A stretch of 50,555 nucleotides of DNA from Vicugna vicugna (Eukaryota). The stretch covers positions 7,302,098-7,352,652 of the forward strand of contig MU058781.1 in assembly GCA_013265495.1 (NCBI GenBank), read 5' to 3'. A program made the position numbers and the translations under genes. The notes under the pieces are model-generated. The model was not told where the DNA came from. It saw only the letters and a list, made by a program, of their open reading frames with translations, and ran no database searches. Positions 37,421 to 50,090 of this stretch are shown here, in pieces (the stretch's first letter is position 1; each line of letters begins with the position of its first letter).

Positions 37421-37842
37421 TATAAAGACTTGGAGAGAAGCAGCGTTTTATTTAAGATGTGGGGAAAACAGCAGTTGGAAAGCACTGATATAATTATGAA
37501 ATAAAAGCAGCATACAGTATGCTCTTAAGCATTCGCTAGATAGGAATTTAGGAAGCAGTTTGTCATTTTCAAAGGAGGAAACTGAGCCAAGATTTCTCGT
37601 GACTTAATTCTGTTGTCACACAGCTAATAAGTAACAGAATGAGGCAGCCTGAGAGTCCGTGATTAGAGGCACAGTTTTCTTTACAATATACAGTTCAGCT
37701 TTTGTAGCTCCCGAATGTTAAATGGTAATGAAGTAACTGGATTTTGTATTAAGTCTATCATTGACGCAGGAATATGGAGAAGGGCATTCTGAAATAGACT
37801 CCATGTCAATTTTGCCAGGTGTTTTAGAAGTTCTAGTGGTTT

Positions 37843-37852
37843 CTGACGTCAG
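37843..37852. promoter_or_regulatory. Perfect palindromic CRE (cTGACGTCAg)
   Basis: Exact CREB/ATF motif with intact CpG in non-repeat sequence; TTGACGCA also at 37761-37768. Function not shown. Confidence 0.35.
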
Positions 37853-38039
37853 TTTTAAGGTGAGTTGTATGTGAATCCTCTTCCACTAATGGCTTTCTTA
37901 CTCATAAATTTATCCATAAATTTCACATCACTTTATATTTGCTGCCAGGTTGCTCTCTGCATCAATGGATTTTTAATATGTATTATCTTCTTAGTGAGTA
38001 TGTGCTTCCTTTAATTGTTTCTAATTTGCGCTGCTCAGG

Positions 38040-38240
38040 GAACAGAGGTTGAGAGAAGCATTCTGGGAGTGGCAGTGAATTAGGTCTTGGATCTTGAGTT
38101 TGAATCTTGGCTCTGCCTCCAAACCTTAGTTCTCTTATCTCTGAAATGCAGGGGTGTTAATACCCCTCCTAACACAGGTGAAATGAATTAATGTACGTGA
38201 AATGCATGACAGATAGAAAAGCAGTAATTTAATATTAGTT
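38040..38240 (+). mobile_element. MIR SINE (a second, minus-strand MIR lies at ~37520-37700)
   Basis: gagtttgaatcttggctctgcc...ccttagttctcttatctctgaaatg; the minus copy contains gaggaaactgagcc. Confidence 0.65.
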
Positions 38241-38587
38241 TCATCCTCAACCTCGTCTTTATAGATTTGATAAACTAATCATTTCACTAATTTATCTGTT
38301 ATGATTCTAGATTTTGATCGTGAATCTTTCAACGCAACCTTTTTAAACAGCAGTTCCCATCTCCACAGTGCATCTGCCTTTATGATGGACTTTTTCAGTC
38401 CTCCCTACTTCTGATGTACCCTTATAATACCTTAATCAATATTCCAGGTGTGGGCCACGGAAGTTTAATACAAGGTGGGTTAAATTTTCTCCCAGTATCT
38501 GTTGACTGATTGTTACAACTACTTAGAAGGAACTTTTCATAAAATGGATAAAATGATATTTATTGATATCTCGTTTGTACATAAGTT

Positions 38588-38670
38588 ATGGTTACCCAAT
38601 TTAGCAAGGGGAAATACAGGCTGTCCAGTTAACTGAATGTCTTGTATTTTATTTTATTTGGCAACCCGAC
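38588..38670. mobile_element. Short hAT MITE remnant (MER53-like)
   Basis: TIR-like ends tggttacccaattta ... tatttggcaaccc; internal aaatacaggctgtccagttaa. Confidence 0.55.
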
Positions 38671-38822
38671 CATAGATGAGAGATGATCTCTGTATAAGAA
38701 AAAAAGATTAAGATATGGTTTCTGCTCTAAGGAAGTTGTTTTAAACAAGTTAAGGATATAGGCATGGACTTAAAGGTGGGTAATCAGGCGATACATGGAA
38801 AGAAAGTGTTCAAATTGAATGG

Positions 38823-39262
38823 TGTTTAAGTTCTTAGGGCTGCCATAACAGAGGACCGCAAAATTGGTGGCTTGATGCAAGAGGCTTTTTCTTGTAGTTC
38901 TGGAGTCTAGACACCTGACTTCAAAGTGTCAGCAGTGTTTATTCTCTCCACGGGGCTTTGAGGGAGAATCAGTTCCGTGCCTCTCTCTCTTAGCTTCTGG
39001 TGATAGTCAGAAATCCTGACATTCCTTCGTTTGCAAGTGCAAGAATCCACTTTCTGTCTCAGTCTTTACGTGGCATTCTCCCTGTGTGTCTCTTCTTTCT
39101 TTATAAAGACCGCAATGCTGTTGGATGAGGGCCCACTTAATGACCTCATTTTAACTTGATTACATCTGCAAAGACCCTTTTTTAAACTAAGGTCGTATTA
39201 AAAGGCACCAGAGGTTAGGATTTCAACATATCTTTTTGGAGGACACAACTCAACCCATAACA
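38823..39262 (-). mobile_element. MaLR solo LTR (MLT1B/C-like)
   Basis: tagggctgccataaca...atgacctcattttaacttgattacatctgcaaagaccc...ggacacaactcaacccataaca; TSD aatgg/gatgg. Confidence 0.88.
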
Positions 39263-41572
39263 GATGGTTTGGGTATTGAAAGCCGTAGAGTTCAGAAAAG
39301 GGGCGATCTGTTGTGGGATGGAATGGTGAAAAAGGCTCATAGCAGTGTCAAGAATTAATTGAGCTTGACTGTGAAGGGTGGGTAGACCTTGTTGGATAGG
39401 AGGAGAAGGGTTGGAAGTGGATGATGAGTGGGAAAATAGGGAAGGGAGTCATCTTCTAGGAATGGAATATATTTGCTGCAATTTACTAAGGATAATCACA
39501 ATCATGCTGCAAACTCTGAGAAAAGCAACAATAATTAAACTTCCTTTGCTCAGAAAAGTAACAGTGTCTTTATGAGGCAGATTTTATTGGTGTCCAAGGT
39601 TCCTTTCATCTCTGAAATTCGAATTGCTCAGTGTTAATTTGGTTTTGGCACCAGCGCCAGAGATTCTAGAGGGACAAGCCTGGGAAACTACCATGGGCAA
39701 CCTCTGTATCCCCGAAGAAGGCACTAAGCCAGTTCTATTGGAACCAACTTGAAGATAATATTTTAAATCAAATATTCATGTAAAATAAGGTATAAACTGT
39801 TAGCAACCAGTACATTCTAACTGTAGTTAGAATGCTATTTACTCAATAAATATGATCAAACTTTCTGACTTTTTAGGAGGTATCCATATAGCAAAGTTGG
39901 TCTGGAAGAAACAAAGACCAGAAAAAAAACTGTAAGCCTTGTTTATTGTATGAGACGCCAGTGTAGAATGCAGACCAAGTTGGGTCTGTATTTTTGCGAA
40001 TGTGTACCATACTGTGGTGCACCATAGAATGTGCTGTATTTCTATATGGACTAAAGGTTTTAGACCTGGCTTTCCAAATTCTTGAAGAAACCAAATGAAA
40101 TTCAAGTTAATAGTTCATAGAAGAAATAGAAGACACAAGGGACAAGCCATAAGAAATGCAGACAATGGGCTATTCAGTCTCCTTTGCTTCTGCTGATGGG
40201 GACTTTTCTGGATATGTGTATATTTTCTCACATTTTCTCTGCTGTAATTAGTCAATTAAATCAAGTTTATGTGAAGCTTTTTTTTATGTCATTACCTTAG
40301 AATTTAGTAAAGTACTGAGCTGCTACAAGGCTAAGATTTTCTTTTATGTTTCAAAGAATCATTTGAAAAGAGAGAGGAAATCTAACAACTGGGATGAGCT
40401 CTTGCCTGTTTGTTATCAAATTACCTCTTCCTCCTGTTGCTACCCCTCACAGTTACCAAAGAAGGAGGTGCACATACAGGCACAGATAGTGGAAGGAACC
40501 TCTCGAGTCATTGTGACTTCCAGTTCTGTGATATTTGCTGTCAACAGAGATCTGGGTTTGTAGGGCTAGTAGCCACAGACCTATTTATGTCATCTAGTCA
40601 GCTGTTCAGATGAACTATCGCAAGGCTGGGATCTTGGAGACCAAAGGTCAGATGTACTCAATGAGAAAATAAGGGTGTGCCTACTTTCCATTCAATATAT
40701 CATTGTTTACAAAAGTAATTTTTAGTAAAGCTGCAAACGTAAGTATTTCAGTCAAGTGTTGTATTGTTGAGTCTATGCAGTTTAGTTGCAAGGGTTAATC
40801 AATCAGTCAATCATGATTAACAAGAAACTTAGGTCCAGTGGCATACCTCGTCTGCAACTAATATCAGAAAAGCTTCTGCTGTCTAGTTTCTTTCCAGGCT
40901 TTGGTAAATCTGACTTAGAGGAACTCCAGCAGCTCTGATCCCCTGCACTTTGGCCATTGACAAAGCCCCTGGGGCCTTCCTTCTGCCAGACACCTTTATT
41001 TAAACAGTCTTCATTCTGGAAAGAATGTTTTCCTTGCTTATCGCTTATCAAGTGAAAGGTGGCATCTGCCTTTCTAACTTTTAAGAATCTCCCCAGCTTC
41101 CTTTCTTAATTCCAGCTTTGCTAGCTTGTGTTAAAATTCTGCATCCCCAGGTTATTTGTGATAGATATGCACATAACTGGGCTCCTTATCTGCACCAAAA
41201 GGAATAGCTGCTCAGGATTAAAAAAAATCCTCCTTCCCCCTACGGGACTGGAAAAACCTTTTTTATTTTAGAACATTTTAAAAACATATAAAGGAGAAGT
41301 GAAAACAACTCAAGAGTATCACCACTTAAAGGCAAATGTTATCGGTATTTTAGTTTATGTCCTTCCAATCTTGCTATTTCCTGCATATTTTATTTTGTAA
41401 ACCAGTTGCATTTGTATTCGTTCTAAAATGGTATGTGTGTGAATTATTGAATTATTATTATTATAACACTTTTATTTATTACTATTCATCAGAAGTGGTA
41501 TAGCAAAATGGTCATGAATACAAGAATGTGGGCTGTGAAGGCGGAGTGTGTAGGTTCAAATCTTGATTCCTC

Positions 41573-41596
41573 TTTTTTTTTTTTTTTTTTTTTTTT
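41573..41596. repeat. Poly(T)24 tract inside a MIR remnant
   Basis: Read directly; flanked by MIR-like ggttcaaatctt and ttccttatccgtaaaat. Confidence 0.9.
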
Positions 41597-42225
41597 AAAC
41601 TCTTTAAAGTTTTTTTATTTTTTTTTATAAATCTTAGGTTCCTTATCCGTAAAATAATCTTGGGATAACCATGTTTGTGTGAAAGATTTTTTTTTTTGTA
41701 GTTCAGTGTATTTTCTGAATTATCTCAATTCCAAAAAGTAGAATGACTGGATCAAACAAGATGAACATATTGTCAATTTCTTTCCAAAGAGGTTGTAGCT
41801 ATTGAAGTTTCCATTAGCATGGTATGAATATGACTGTTTCCCTATACTCTTGCCAGCAGATAGTATACTTGCATGTGTGTGTATAGCATCATTTGATAGA
41901 AGTATTGCTATCTCATTCTTTGATCACTAAAGAATTTAAATAGTTGCCATGGTATGACTATTTTTAAGAAATTTGAACTATGAAGTTTTTTGAGTACTGT
42001 GGAATAAGTGAGAGTCCAAACTGATTTGCTCCAGTAACAATAGAGCTGGAGGAATCTGTAGGCTTGTGTGAAGTAGAAGCTGTTCAGAGACAATACACAA
42101 GTTTACAACTACCCTGGTGACTGTAGGGATGTTTTTACTACCTTATACCTTCCTTGATAATATTCCCTAGATTGTATTTCCTGCTTTGTCAAATATTTGC
42201 TGAGTGAGGTGACATATTTGATGAG

Positions 42226-42773
42226 CGTGGACCATCCATTTCTCTAACTATGATCCCCCAAGGAACCACATCTTCCAATACTTATGCCCTTTCATAGTCT
42301 CTCCCTGTGTAACCCATGGAATATGACAAAAGTAGTCCTGCATTGCATGTCTTCTGAGGCTAGATCATAAGAAGATTGGCATCTTACACCTTGGGCTCTT
42401 GGAAGGTACATGCATTCCGGTAAGAAGCCATCTATCACTCTGAAACTGCTATGCTGTGAGGAACACAAGCCAACCATGTTAGTGAGGTTGTGGGGAGAGA
42501 GACATCTAGCTCCTACTTTTAACAAGTCTTCCAGCTGAGGGCCCAGAAATGTGAGTGTAGAAGCCATATTGAACATTAAAGTCCAGTCAGATCTTCTGAT
42601 AACTCTGGCCCAGCCACTGTCTAACCATGATCACATAAATGATCAGAAGTGACAACGACCCAGGTGAATCCAGTCAACTCACAGAACCAAACCATGAGGG
42701 ATAATAATAAATCATTATTTTAAGCCTCTAAGCTTTAGGATGGTTTATTGTGTGGCAATAGAAGACCAATACA
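42226..42773 (+). mobile_element. MaLR solo LTR (MLT1G/H-like)
   Basis: Ends ataataaatcattattttaagcctctaagctttaggatggtttattg...gcaataga...aataca; TSD atgag/atgaa. Confidence 0.8.
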
Positions 42774-44822
42774 ATGAATTAATACAGAAGAACCACAAGT
42801 TCTCTGGTTTGAAATATTCCTTCTTTAAAAATTAGTGGCAAGTAAACATTGGTGCTGTCACTGATCACTTTTGTCAAAATGGATGTACAGTCAGAGAAGA
42901 CAACATTCCAAATTGACTGATGGTGAGAGTGGAGTGGTGAGAGGCAATTAAGAAATGAGCAGGTCATAAAATTTTGCATAGGGTTGGTGGTGGAGAGAAT
43001 GGAGAGACCTGGTAAAGAGGTCATTGAGAATCAGTTCAGTGCGTATGCAAGTCAAGGGTTGAGATGACTTGGGGATTTGTGGAGTTTAAAAGATAAGATG
43101 TTTTGAAAGGACAAATTAAGGGTTACATGACTTTTTTGCCTTGAATGTCTGTCCCCATATAGATTGATAGATCTTTGTTTCTGTCTTATATATCGGGGTA
43201 GGGGGCAATTTTGGAAGGCAGTGTTGATATATTTCACATAGATTTATTTTATATTTGGGTAATTTAGTAGCATAATGTCTATGTATTTCAGTGTCAATGG
43301 TGTTTTTAAGACATATTATCTTTGTGAGTTTTGGGGTGGGTACTACAAATTTAATTTTGTTATTTAATTTTCCTTATTTCTACTTTGCAAATGCATGTAT
43401 GTAACTGGCATTTAAGATTACATGCTAGGGCTACATAGGCTGTAGCAGAATTTAACTGACTGAAAAATATACTAGATGATACTATGAAGAACATTCATTT
43501 TATTTAGTGTTTTGGTCACTGTTTATCTTTTTGGTAGCCCCCAAACTATACTGAGTTTATGAATGTTTCTGAGGAAGATGGATTGACAAGTTTATGGAGA
43601 GGAACTTCTCTTGAAGTGCTGCTAATGAAACTGTCAGCCAATATTCTGGACAATTGAGAAGCCAGATCCAACTCCCTTGAGCTTTCTTTTGAGGGATGAG
43701 ATCCCAATGTAAAAATTAGTGTTGAGAGAACTTTACTCTTGACATTGGATGTATTACCACTTTCTTTCCACTTCTAATTTGCAGTCAAGGTCATCTGTTG
43801 CTTCAGAGCAGGCTGTTTATTTTTTTTAAAAGAGTTTTCTTAAGATCTTTATGATACATGGACTTAATTATGTAATTACATAACAAATCAGGTAACTGCT
43901 TCAGAGGAACAGTTCTGATCTATGAGGTGCCTAAGATAGTCTTTAGAGAAACAGCTAATTGCATAATTACAATGCATAATAGATCAAAATAACAGGTAGC
44001 AGGAATATCTTTGGAGCCATAAGAGAAACCTTATGGTCTTTAGCTAGGGCATGTAATATTAGTTATGAAAATAACCCCACTATTATGTCATTTTGTAACA
44101 GCACATAATGGCAAAGGAGATATTAATGCTGGATATAATAAATATTATATGCACTTTGCTTTTTTGACACAAACAACTTTCTTTAATTTAAAAAAATGTA
44201 AAATCAATTGAAAATATATTTATTCTATGAGAAAGAAGAAACTGATATTTTAAATACAGAATGACAGTGATATTTGAAAGAAAAAATTTTAAAGATTGTA
44301 AATGTATCAAGTTAATTAATTATAAAAGCATGCATATTAATTTCAAAACTACAAAAATTCAGTTAGAATGTCAAAGACAGACAATTAAAATGGTATATGC
44401 ATATATTTGAATCTGGTGTACTATTTTTCCTGAGTAGTAATGAAAAAAATCAGGAATAAAACTAAAACATTCCAGAGTCTTGGCATACTATGATTGCCTT
44501 AGCTGTATGCTGGGGGATGAAGGTTCCATTGAAATCTGGGCAGTTCATCAGAAGAAAAAGTGAATTTTAATCATGGTCCAGGTTGTTCAAACATTTTGGT
44601 GTTGGTGGTATCATTTTTAATATCTATTGAGGAATATAAGCAAATACTAACATTTTGACTCTAGTTTATATAACTCATAAAAAGCTGTCTTAGTTGTTTT
44701 ATGAGCAAGAGACTTTTTTGTTATGTGTTTTAAAGGATACATTTTACAAAAAAAAGTCCAGAATCTATCAAATTTCTTCATGATTGAATAGTCATTACCC
44801 ATTAAAAATTTTCATACCAAAG

Positions 44823-45416
44823 ATACATACACCCCAATGTTCATAGCAGCACTATATTACAATAGCCAGGACATGGGAACAACCTAAATGTTCATTGACA
44901 GATGACTGGATAAAGAAGCTGTGGTACACGTATACAATGGGATACTACTCAGCCATAAAAAAGAATACAGTAATGCCATTTGCAGCAACATGGATGGATC
45001 TGGAGATAGTCATTCTAAGTGAATTAACCCAGAAAGAGAAAGAAAAATATCTTATGGTATCATTCATATGTGGAAACTAAAAAAGAAAAGAAAAAAGAGG
45101 ACACTAATGAACTCATCTACAAAACAGAACCAGACTTGCAGATATAGTAAACAGTTTTATGGTTACTGGGGGAACAGGGGTGGGAAGGAATAAATTTGAG
45201 AGTTTGAGATTTGCAAAGGTAAACCTATATATAAAAACATATTAAAAAACCAGATTTTTTCTGTATAGCACAGGGAAATATATTCAATATCTTGTAGTAA
45301 CCTTTAATGAAAAATCATATGAAAATGAATATATGTATGACTGGGACATTGTGCTGTACACCAGAAATTGATACATTGTAACTGACTATACTCCAATAAA
45401 AAAAGAAGTTAAAAAA
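44823..45416 (+). mobile_element. 5'-truncated L1 3' end (~600 bp)
   Basis: ORF 44895..45080 is the ORF2 C-terminus (DDWIKKLWY...MPFAATWMDLE). AATAAA and A tail at right. TSD core tttcataccaaag at 44810-44822 and 45423-45435; TT/AAAAA at 44802-44808. Confidence 0.93.
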
Positions 45417-46079
45417 CCTCAGTTTCATACCAAAGCTTATATCTGGTGACAAAACAAACAAAAACAGGACATGATTGGCAATGGGTCTTGAAAATCTACT
45501 TTCCCTTTGCTTTCTATTATTTTTGTTTGGTTTGCATGAAAACTAATACATATGTGGGAAAAATTCTAAAAGCATCTGCCGTAGGCATGGGCTTATATTC
45601 TCTGAGACCACTGGTATGTAGAAAAATAGTTGGCATCTGTAAATGAACATTTCAGATGTGTCACAGAGCCAACAAGTTTGGGAAAGTTTTTTCAAGAACA
45701 TTTTATGATAAAATTATGCAAGTTTTGGTCATGAAATATACTTAAATGCATTTTTAAATTCACCTAGGGACAGTTATGAAAATATGGCTCAAGTGTTTAC
45801 ATGCCTTTGTATTTTAAAAAGTCAAGTTTTGTTTGATATGTGTAAACTCCCTATCCTTATGTATCTTTTCTCAAGCAAACATAGTTTCTTGTTTTTTGAG
45901 GCCTGAAAATATTTCTTTAATTAATAAGTATTAGTTCATTATTCAAGATGGACAGCATATATGAACTATGTTTCACATATGCTAGCCCCATACTGTGGGA
46001 TAATACTTAATGCCCCTCTGCAAGTACAATGATATATCCTATATAGTTAAAATCATTCTTTTACTAAGTGAAAGGTAAG

Positions 46080-47600
46080 AAAATTCTGCACATGGCCATG
46101 AGGAGGATAACAGGGACCAGGTTTACCTTCTCACCTGAATGAACTAAGAAACCAGACAAAACATATAAAGCATTTGTTATCAGACATTACATGACAGACA
46201 GCACATGATTATTATCCCTGATTACAAGATAAGCTATATGGTTGCCCCAGTTTACAACCTAGAACCTGTATCCCCTCTGCTGTGCAGAGACAGAGGAAAC
46301 CAATAAAGTAAAGGAATCGCACTGAGTTTTAGAGACACTGATTGGAGTTTAGAAAGGCCAGAATACTGGAACAAAGGGAGCTCCACAAAGACAGAGCTGA
46401 GAAGATCTGCAAAGATGTCCCCTCGAGTCTTTGGCAGAGTACCAACCTGCTCATGCATGAGAATAAACTATCCAAAGCTGAAGAAAGAACCACTAGAAAT
46501 AAGTCAGCAGAACAATTCTTGAAGCTAATCATGGTCTGAGAATAGTTTCTGTGTGTCAGTCAGTGTAGTGATATTTCATAATAAATTAGGCATTGGGTAA
46601 GATACTTAGAAGAAAATTATCTTATCAGTGGGGTCAAATTATCTGTAGAATAAAGGCTGCTCTGGACCTAACCTAATTTCAAAGCAATCCTATACAGAAA
46701 TAAAGTAAGACCAGCTAATCTAATTGCATTCCAGACAAAGAGGTCAATGCCACTTAAAGGAATACAACAAAATCCTCCACTCAGCAGTGTAAAACTCACA
46801 ATGTCCAGCATACAAAAAAAAAAAAAAATTGCAAGGCATACAAAGAATTAAGAAAATGTGACCCATAACCCAGAAAAAAAAAATCAATAAGTAGATTTGA
46901 TCCAGAAATAGCAGATATGATCAAATTAGCAAAGATGTTAAAAATAACTATTATAAATACATTCTGTATTTGCAGGCTGAGGAAGGCATGAACATGATGA
47001 GAGATATAGAAGATATAAAAAGACTGAAATGAAACTTCTAAAAGTTAAAAATAAAATACATATAATAAAAATACACTGATTTGGATTAATACCAGATTGA
47101 ACCTTGCAGGGTAAAAATTGGTGACCTTGAAAACAGCAATAGAAATTTTCCAAAATGAAACAGAGAGTTGGGTCAGGGAAAGAATGAGAAAAAAAAAAAA
47201 ATAGAGCACCGGTAGTCTTTGGAAAACTCTCAGGCAGTCTAACATATGTGTAATTAGTATCCCAGAGGTTAAAAAAGGGAAGCAGGGCAGGAGGGGGACA
47301 GAAAGATATTTGAAGAAATAATGACTAAAATTTTTCCAAATATGATAAAAATTAGAAATGCATAAATTGAAAAATTCATTGTGCTCAATGTAGCAGAAAT
47401 GAAGAAAAACACACCAAGGCACATCAAAATTGCTGAAAACTAATGTAAAGAAAATTGTAAAATTAGCCAGAGAAAAAGACAAAAAGAAACAAAGATAAGA
47501 AAGACAGCTAACTTATCATTGGAGGCTACAGAAGCCAAAAGACAATGGAACAATATCTTTAAAGTACTAAAAGGAAAAAATAAAAGAACCTGCCAATCTA
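46080..47600 (+). mobile_element. Ancient L1M 5'UTR and ORF1 remnant
   Basis: Degenerate ORF1 blocks (gtctaacatatgtgtaattagtatcccaga, aagatatttgaagaaataatgactaaaatttttccaaat, cacaccaaggcacatca, gaagccaaaagacaatggaacaatatctttaaagt). Confidence 0.8.
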
Positions 47601-47640
47601 GTGGTGCTGTGCTCAGTATTTGGTGATTGGGAGGATGGAT

Positions 47641-48005
47641 TGTGGTAGATTTTATGACTAATGGTCCTTCCTACCAGGGCATTATGCAACTCTATCTGTT
47701 CAAATTAGGGGTGGCCATGTGCATGAATATCTTGGCCAAAGAAAATTGGCGTAAGTCAGTCATGTGTCACTTTAGAACAGAACTGTAAAAATTACGTGTC
47801 TCTTTTCTTATTTTCCTTGAGACAAGCAATGTTATAGATAGAGGCAGGTCCATCAGCCTGAGATACGGAATAATGATGACATGAAGTTGAGCCATAGTTG
47901 ACCCAAAAATGACATGTAACAGGAGCAAGAGATTTAACTTGTCATAAACCATTGTGATTTTGGAACTGTCCACACAGCCTAAACTCGACCTCTCTTACAG
48001 ATACA
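47641..48005 (+). mobile_element. MaLR solo LTR (MLT1I/J-like)
   Basis: tgtggtaga start; ccatcagcctg...gacatgtaacaggagcaagagatttaactt...gataca end. Confidence 0.65.
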
Positions 48006-48599
48006 GGCAGCAGGATTATTGTGAGGGAAACATGGGCACATTCACAACATGAGACTCTCAAAGAGAACACCCACACATTCTGCAAAGCCCTCAAATAATA
48101 CAAAGCCAACTATGCAGGTATTTCTAATGTAGAAGAATGGTGATTGGTACCTAAAGAAATTGAAGTAGATAGTAAAGAGCTCTCTTGCTAGTCCAAAGTT
48201 CAAAAAAGGTAGAAATAAATAATAAAAAGAAAGGAACAGACCCAGGATAAATATAAGAGAATGGAACCACGCGGAAAAGCTTCAGAAAAGCTAGAATACC
48301 ATATGAAACTTGAAAAATAGCTGAGGGCAACAGAAAGACTTGGTTAGCAAGAATAAAAGCAAGGAAATGGTGGTTTTTGTGTTTGGAGTTGATGACGTAA
48401 CATTAAGGGATGCGTAGAAGGAAGCGGTTTTTAGAAGAACTAACTGAAAAGGCCATCAAAGACTTACGTGGAAGTGGAAGGAAGCCTGAGATAGCTAAAG
48501 AGGATACAAAAATGCATAACTGTACAAAGTGAGCCCAAGTCCATGACTCAGAACTTATTGTACTGGGGTTGCTGAATGGCTGCTGATGACCTTTGATTA

Positions 48600-49675
48600 C
48601 ATTTTCTGTTCCTTGTTTGGTGTATAGAAATGTGATTTTTTTTTTGTATATTGATCTCATGACATGGTTGACCTATTATTAATTCCAGCATGTTAAACTG
48701 CTTTTGAGGTTGTGATCTGAGCAACATCTGTCAGCCAAAGTGATATTTTTGTTGCTTCTTTGCAATTTTTATAATTTTTTAAAGTATTTGAACTAGGTAT
48801 GATTTTTGTTTCTCATTTTCATTTCTAAATTTTAACCTTTAAAAATATTGTCCACTGTATTTTTTTGACATACAATTTATGAGACTATGGATGTTTCTTC
48901 TATTTTCAGTTTGCTAAGACTTTCTAATCACAAAACAGGTCTCAGAATATTAGGCTTGTTTTCTTTTATCTATTGAGATGTTATTTTTTCTTATTTTAAC
49001 AGGAAAAAATAATAGATATTCAAATTTTAATGAATTCTTGCATTCTTGGTATAAATCCAATTGGGCCATAATGTTGTGGTGACTGTTTTTAATACACTGG
49101 ATTTTTCATCTATATTCAAAAGTGAAATTAGCCTGTAATTTTCTTTTCTCTTTGATTCTGTTTTCAGTATCAGGGAATGGTTAACTTCATAAAATGAATT
49201 AAGATGGCTTTATTCTTAAATTTTCTAATTCCTTGAAACAGTTTCTATGAAATTGGAATTTTATCTTTCCTTGATGGATTGAAGCAACACAATAATTATC
49301 TAGACTTAATTTTTTTGTATAGGTAGGTTTTTACCTTTTAAATCAATGTATTTAATGATTGTGGCTTTATTCCTTATTTTTTAGAATAGACTTTGTTAAG
49401 TCGAGCAGTTTTAGGTTCACAGCAAAACTGAATAGAAAGTAGAGAGATTTCCTATATCCCACTGCCCCTGCACATGCACAGCCCTCCTCAAAATCCTGCG
49501 CAAGAGTGGTACATTTGTTACAATTGTAAACCTGTGTCTACACATCATTTGAACCTGAAGTCCATAGTTTACATTAGGGTTCACTCTCGGTGTTGTACAT
49601 TCTATGGTTTTTGACAAGTGTATAATGACCTTTATCTACCATTACAGTATGATATAAAGTGGTTCCACTGCCTTA
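48600..49675 (-). mobile_element. Ancient L1ME ORF2 remnant (48600-49375) followed by an L1MC1-like 3' end (49376-49675)
   Basis: Antisense ORF2 motif tcttgcattcttggtataaatcca; gagcagttttaggttcacagcaaaactgaatagaaagta...tccatagtttacattagggttcactct. Confidence 0.7.
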
Positions 49676-50090
49676 AGGTTTTGGGGATCATAGTGACTCC
49701 ATGATGGTACAGAAAAATTTCTTTTTATCCCGGACAATTTTTCTCCAGCCTAAGGGTATAGTATATAGCCTTGTGAAAATTTAGGTTTTTCCAGGTTGGG
49801 AACAGGGGGTATTTTCAAGTCACCAATTTGTGTGAACCCAAGTTTAACACCATATCCTATTCAAATTCAAGTCTTCTGATCACTGAAATTTCCTTTAAAT
49901 TCAGTTGTGCATTTTTAAGGATGTTTGTTATGTTTATTCCTCTAGAAGTTCTAGTTTGTCTGTTTGGTATGGGGAAATACCTATTCTGCCATAATCCTGG
50001 AAATAGAAATGCTTTGGTGGTCTTAAAAACTTTAAAGATCAAAAGAAATGTTTAATAATGGTGATGCATAATTTATAAAAAAGAAAGAAA

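Noticed and set aside
41558..41643. aaatctt...ttcct on both sides of the poly(T) as a TSD
   Set aside because: The copies differ internally and each is explained by native MIR sequence.
44674..44705. Inverted repeat ctcataaaa...ttttatgag
   Set aside because: 9-bp AT-rich arms are expected by chance in 50 kb.
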